A stretch of DNA of 11,478 nt from Amoeboradix gromovi X-113 (Eukaryota > Fungi > Sanchytriomycota). This document shows, piece after piece, positions 7,731 to 11,478 of the stretch (its first letter is position 1; each line of letters opens with the position of its first letter). The position numbers were made by a program, and so were the translations under genes. The stretch is from contig JADGIF010000294.1 in the NCBI GenBank assembly GCA_018985225.1, positions 1 through 11,478 of the forward strand, given 5' to 3'. The notes beneath the pieces were generated by a model, which saw only the letters and a list, made by a program, of their open reading frames with translations, had not been told where the DNA came from and made no database searches.

Positions 7731-8651
7731 TTATCCAATTGGTATTGTATCTAATTTTGGACAAGGATTGCCTGGGTCGAATGCAAACAATCGATCTGAT
7801 AGAAACAAGTTACATCTCAAGTATCCCTTTTCTACCAAACTGCTCATCCAGTTGTAGTATTGAACATCTTCAATTTCCTCCTTCATTGAAAACTGAACTG
7901 CTGTTTTAAACACTTCAAATTTCACCTGAGAATTGACGTTTGTTATTTGATATGTCTTCTTCAAAAGATTTCTTAAAACAATAAACTGCACCTTTTCAAA
8001 CGCAAATAGAGTTTCCTGATCAGTTAAAAATGCTTCATTTAAAGTCATGAAATTGTTAAAATTCTTCAAGTTTCCACTTTTAGCTGATTGAATGGCCAAA
8101 CTGTATATTTCCAATTGCGGGAATTTAGAGTAAAGTTGCCTTGAAGGAAATTCACCTTTAAGCATTTTTAAAGGAATGAGTCTGTGCAATATTTTAAGAG
8201 AGAGCTTGTGATTTTTGTTTAGCAAGCCGAATGCATAGCTAAAGTGCCGGTAAGCATGCTCTAAATGGTCATCAGACATGTAGTATAAACCACAATAATA
8301 ATTGTACAACAGCTGATCCTCAATGGGATATTTCTGAATATCCGGCAATGATCTTGATTCAATGACATTGATTATGTTGCCACACAATTGGCGTGAATTA
8401 GATAAGAAATGAGAAGCCATTTGCAAATTTGCAATTAAGTACACGGCATGTACCTTGGAGTATTCAGCATCTGGATTGGCGTTGATGCAGTTGGAAAATG
8501 CTTTTGTATAGGCACGCATTGGCAGGTCCATGTTGCAGTCTCTGATACCTTGAATACCAAGTGCCTTCAAGTTCCTTCTAAGGGTTTTTACAAAGTTCTT
8601 ATTGGGTAGTTCGCCCTCAATTAATTCTACAGTTTCGTCATAGAGATTCAT
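7731..8651 (-). CDS. PCID2: PCI-domain protein of the PCID2/Csn12/Thp1 family (306 aa from first ATG 8651)
   Basis: YNYYCG...AY.HFSYAF, IL..LIPLKMLKG.FPS..L, A.KSGNL..F, LRNL.KK, winged-helix tail SLVEKGYL. The track start at 8675 is a TTG. Confidence 0.8.
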   Translation of the reverse strand: MNLYDETVELIEGELPNKNFVKTLRRNLKALGIQGIRDCNMDLPMRAYTKAFSNCINANPDAEYSKVHAVYLIANLQMASHFLSNSRQLCGNIINVIESRSLPDIQKYPIEDQLLYNYYCGLYYMSDDHLEHAYRHFSYAFGLLNKNHKLSLKILHRLIPLKMLKGEFPSRQLYSKFPQLEIYSLAIQSAKSGNLKNFNNFMTLNEAFLTDQETLFAFEKVQFIVLRNLLKKTYQITNVNSQVKFEVFKTAVQFSMKEEIEDVQYYNWMSSLVEKGYLRCNLFLSDRLFAFDPGNPCPKLDTIPIG

Positions 8652-8686
8652 ACTGCAAGGAGATTCCCAATTCAAAATAAAAGGAT

Positions 8687-10034
8687 TTATTCAAACTGTT
8701 CAATATAATGTTCGATTGCGTATAAGTGAGTGAAGGTCTTCCAAAATCCTTTTTCAAAGGGCGATTTAGGGAGAATTCCGTTGTCCAGGCGTAGATAAAA
8801 CTCGTCACAATAGAAAAGCATCAATATGCCGTATCCTATCATTAACAAAAACCACATCAGTATGTTCAACGGCAAATAAAGTTTACCGTTCGGATCAGGT
8901 CTAGGAACAAAAAACAAGAGCAATCCGGGTCCTGCATACATGAACATTAAAATAGGGTAGAAGAATCCAAAGGCACAAGATATAATAACTTCATGAATAA
9001 TAGCTGATATCCAAATGACCGAGATTGCGCTGATGTTTTTAGCTACACCAATTGTTACAAATCTCTCCAAATATCGTGCTAAAGGGCAGAACAAGTAGGC
9101 ATACAGCCAATCATATACTACAGCATTCTAAATTAGTATAAAGTACCCATCTTCTATAATATTCTGAATAAGTAGAAGCGGTCCACCATTCACTGTAATA
9201 GCTTCGATCTCCAAATCTTAATAACTCACCAGTAAAATTTAGCCATGAATGAAGGAACCCATAAAATACCAGGAAGTTAATCATCACACCAGGCATGATG
9301 AGACTAAAATAATGAATGAAAAATAAAGAATTGTATCTCTTTCTATGCATTTCGTTGTAGCTGGTATTAATCCAGACCATTGAGAGAAAAAAGACACAAC
9401 AAAAAGCGTCTAATATGTATCGAAGTGCTCTTTTCCATCTAATGCTCTCTCTAAGCGGATATTCCTTGCGATAAACCAGGGAAGGGCAAAAGATAAAATA
9501 CAGAAAGTGGGAAAATCCTTTGTACGGATAGTTGCTTTTACGAGGCTCATCTGTTTTCTTATCCGACTCTAACTCGCAATCGTTCATTACGTTACCATAT
9601 ATATATGCATATGACTTCATCATCAAACGAACACTCTCCGCCATTATAATCATAGCACTTGCTAATGGTAGTTTGAAATGCAAGGTATACATTGCGGATG
9701 AAAAGAACACTATAATCATATAGATCCAGCCAAAAAGCAACCATAATCTTCCTTTTCTGGGCTTTAAAGCATAAATTACACATGTGGCAAGGAAGTTTGT
9801 AGCCCAAGCATAAATAACTTTGTCTAGTTCTCCAAATGACCATGCTAGCAAATCCAAATCAAACACTCTAGACTGCAGCAAATAATTTTGTAACCCAAGG
9901 TTGATTAGAAAGATATTAAAGAGTGCAAATGCTATAGAATACAAGGATTTTATGTGCTTATCTGATTCAAATAACTGATCTAATAGTGAGTCTTCTACTT
10001 TAAAAACCTTTCGTCTTAAAACCATTTTGGACAT
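8687..10034 (-). CDS. Sterol O-acyltransferase (SOAT/ACAT/ARE, MBOAT family); exons 10034-9147 and 9127-8687, 442 aa
   Basis: ESVRLMMKSYAY, FLYFIFCPSLVYR, FYGFLHSWLNFTGELLRFGDRSYYSEWW. The spliced junction reads YYRRW|NAVVYDWLYAY, followed by catalytic ISAIIHE. Exon lengths 888 and 441 are both multiples of 3. Confidence 0.92.
9128..9146 (-). other. 19-nt spliceosomal intron GTACTTTATACTAATTTAG
   Basis: GT...AG ends with a TACTAAT branch-like motif. Its removal joins two ORFs in frame and restores the conserved W-N-x-V-V-x-D-W-L-Y motif exactly. Confidence 0.88.
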
Positions 10035-10040
10035 ACTCTG

Positions 10041-11097
10041 TAAAAACTAGACAACTTTTAAAACAAATGTCACAAAAAAGTAAAACTAGTCAAGCATTAT
10101 TGTACCATTTGTTATCAGCTAAGTATGGGTGACAACTCGATGCTGCCAGTTCATTTTTTTATTCTCAACTCAAGAATAAGCAAATACATCTCTTCATACT
10201 GATTGCATACAGCGTTTTCTCGTTGTACGCTGCAATGGACACTGAAGGTGATGTACGTCTGCGTTCACAGATGGTGTGGATGTTGGTTCCTAGGTAAACA
10301 GACGAGTGTATGTGTACCTCTGACTATCTACATACGCTTCAAAGATGCCCAGGATGAAGACCGACAGCTTTTCAAAGACTGCTAAGGCATCCAAGTGTTA
10401 GGTCTTAATTTCGGCGTATCCGTTCGCATGTATAGCGGCTGCTTTTATAGAGAATTGCAACGCTGAAGCTGTTGTATTGAATGAACTGATCATTTTTATT
10501 GAGTTTGCTAGTTAAATTTACGATCTCGGTGTTAATGCATTGCGCCGCACTTTTATTTTATAGCTTGGCGGCTTAGTAGGACCTCCTTGGACGTTTACTG
10601 ACTCTACCGGTATCTTCTATCTTGTTTGCGTAAGCATCATAATTAAAAAAACGAATCAAAGATTGGTATCGGGACACCAACTATAAAAACTAGACCAAGT
10701 CGTTCTTAAAGTAGGTGCTCCACAAGGAGGAAATACTATCATTACTTAAAGTACTTCTTCTTTCATTAATGTCATTCCTATCTTTAAAATATAACAAGAT
10801 GATCCGCTATCTCTTTCAAATATACGAGGTCTTTGAGTGTCTAAGCAAAAGGTGCATTATCTACTACTTTACCACTATTATCTTCCATTTTCCTTTTCTT
10901 CTTACCACTTTCGTATAACTTATTTTTGTTTTCTCTTCTTCTTGTTAATCATTATTTCTAAGATTTTGATGGATGAAAAGCTTTATACTAAAATAATTTG
11001 CTCGAACCAGTCAGATTAATTTAATTTAATTTACTATCGGTAAACACACTTGAAATAATGATTATAACTATTTCAGAAAGTTAGTCTAGTTTTTATA
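10041..11097. repeat. Dispersed TAAAAACTAGAC repeats: direct copies at 10041-10052 and 10684-10695, inverted copy at 11084-11095
   Basis: 10682-10695 and 11084-11097 form a perfect 14-bp inverted pair. 10041-10058 and 11077-11095 match at 18 positions with one indel. A near-copy (TAAAACTAGTC) lies at 10081. Confidence 0.6.
10165..11060 (-). pseudogene. Degenerate Fanzor1-like nuclease, WED/RuvC-I region (relic C); boundaries approximate
   Basis: One - strand frame carries, in Fanzor1 order: LWSTYF (10725-10708), FIQYNSFSVAILY (10485-10447, cf. I-x-TDG-x-SVSILF), KAVGLHPG (10371-10348, cf. GLDPG, with CAT for GAT) and SVSIAAY (10245-10225). Many stops. Further upstream is a K/E-rich frameshifted coding-like tract. 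Confidence 0.5.
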
Positions 11098-11220
11098 TTT
11101 CATGTCTCATATTGTTTGACTAATATCATTTGGACAGCTTGACTATTTTCTTGAATAAATCATTTATCGCGAATTTGTATATATTTTTGTATCATTTCAA
11201 GACTTTTCCAGATTATTCTA

Positions 11221-11460
11221 ATATCTTAAGCACTCGATATTCTTCCTTTTCGCAAATGGTAAATCGATTCTAAAGAAATAACTAGCAGGTACAGCATACA
11301 TTCATCAACACTGATAAGCTGTTCCAAACACGGAAATTCGATGCCATGTACAATATGTGGCACTCTAAAGAAAACCAATTTGGAGAGCTATTCATGTACA
11401 TAGTGTCATTTGAAGATAGATAGAGATCATATGGCAGCAAGGAACATATACATCAAGTAG
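11221..11460 (+). pseudogene. Degenerate Fanzor2/IS607-TnpB-like nuclease, C-terminal remnant (relic D)
   Basis: 11281-11460 reads TSRYSIHSSTLISCSKHGNSMPCTICGTLKKTNLESYSCT*CHLKIDRDHMAARNIYIK*. This has the CxxCG...CxxC zinc finger and a near-canonical DRDxxAARNI RuvC-III motif. There is a TAG inside the second CxxC (11401), and AAA (Lys) where the Fanzor Glu is expected. Confidence 0.85.
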
Positions 11461-11478
11461 ATGCATCCTTATTCAATC

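Noticed and set aside
8687-9094. Separate 135-aa gene
   Set aside because: It is exon 2 of the sterol O-acyltransferase.
10203-10391. Hairpins (TTGCA-TACAGCG...CGTTGTA-CGC-TGCAA at 10203-10235; GATGCC/GGCATC) suggesting a structured RNA
   Set aside because: No snRNA, SRP, RNase P/MRP or tRNA signature was recognised. The stems are short and lie within the decayed coding relic.
10203-11019. + strand ORFs 10203-10385, 10715-10918 and 10837-11019
   Set aside because: They have non-ATG starts and low-complexity hydrophobic content, and are best explained as antisense to relic C.
1-11478. Prokaryotic or viral origin, operons, CRISPR array
   Set aside because: Eukaryote-type genes (eS28, PCI protein, UEV, uL30m), a spliceosomal intron, alternating strands and no repeat-spacer array.

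Overview
AT-rich, very gene-dense eukaryotic nuclear DNA in the standard genetic code, most likely from a genome-reduced early-diverging fungus or fungal relative (inferred from fungal-type uL30m, YIH1, FMN1, katanin p80 and AKTIP). Twelve housekeeping genes are tightly packed, often only 3-35 nt apart: Nudix YJR142W-like, a small membrane protein, MsrA, IMPACT/YIH1, riboflavin kinase, mitochondrial uL30m, a HAUS6-like protein, katanin p80-like, AKTIP-like UEV, RPS28, PCID2/Csn12-like and sterol O-acyltransferase. The acyltransferase is split by a 19-nt spliceosomal intron (9128-9146). Manual translation shows that most of the larger 'intergenic' stretches hold decayed Fanzor/TnpB-like RNA-guided nuclease genes largely missed by the ORF track. 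Three + strand relics cover the C-terminal zinc finger and RuvC-III (1-183, ~4369-5057, ~11221-11460). One - strand relic covers a Fanzor1-like WED/RuvC-I region (~10165-11060) and is bracketed by an imperfect inverted repeat. All family calls come from motif recognition by eye; no searches were run.
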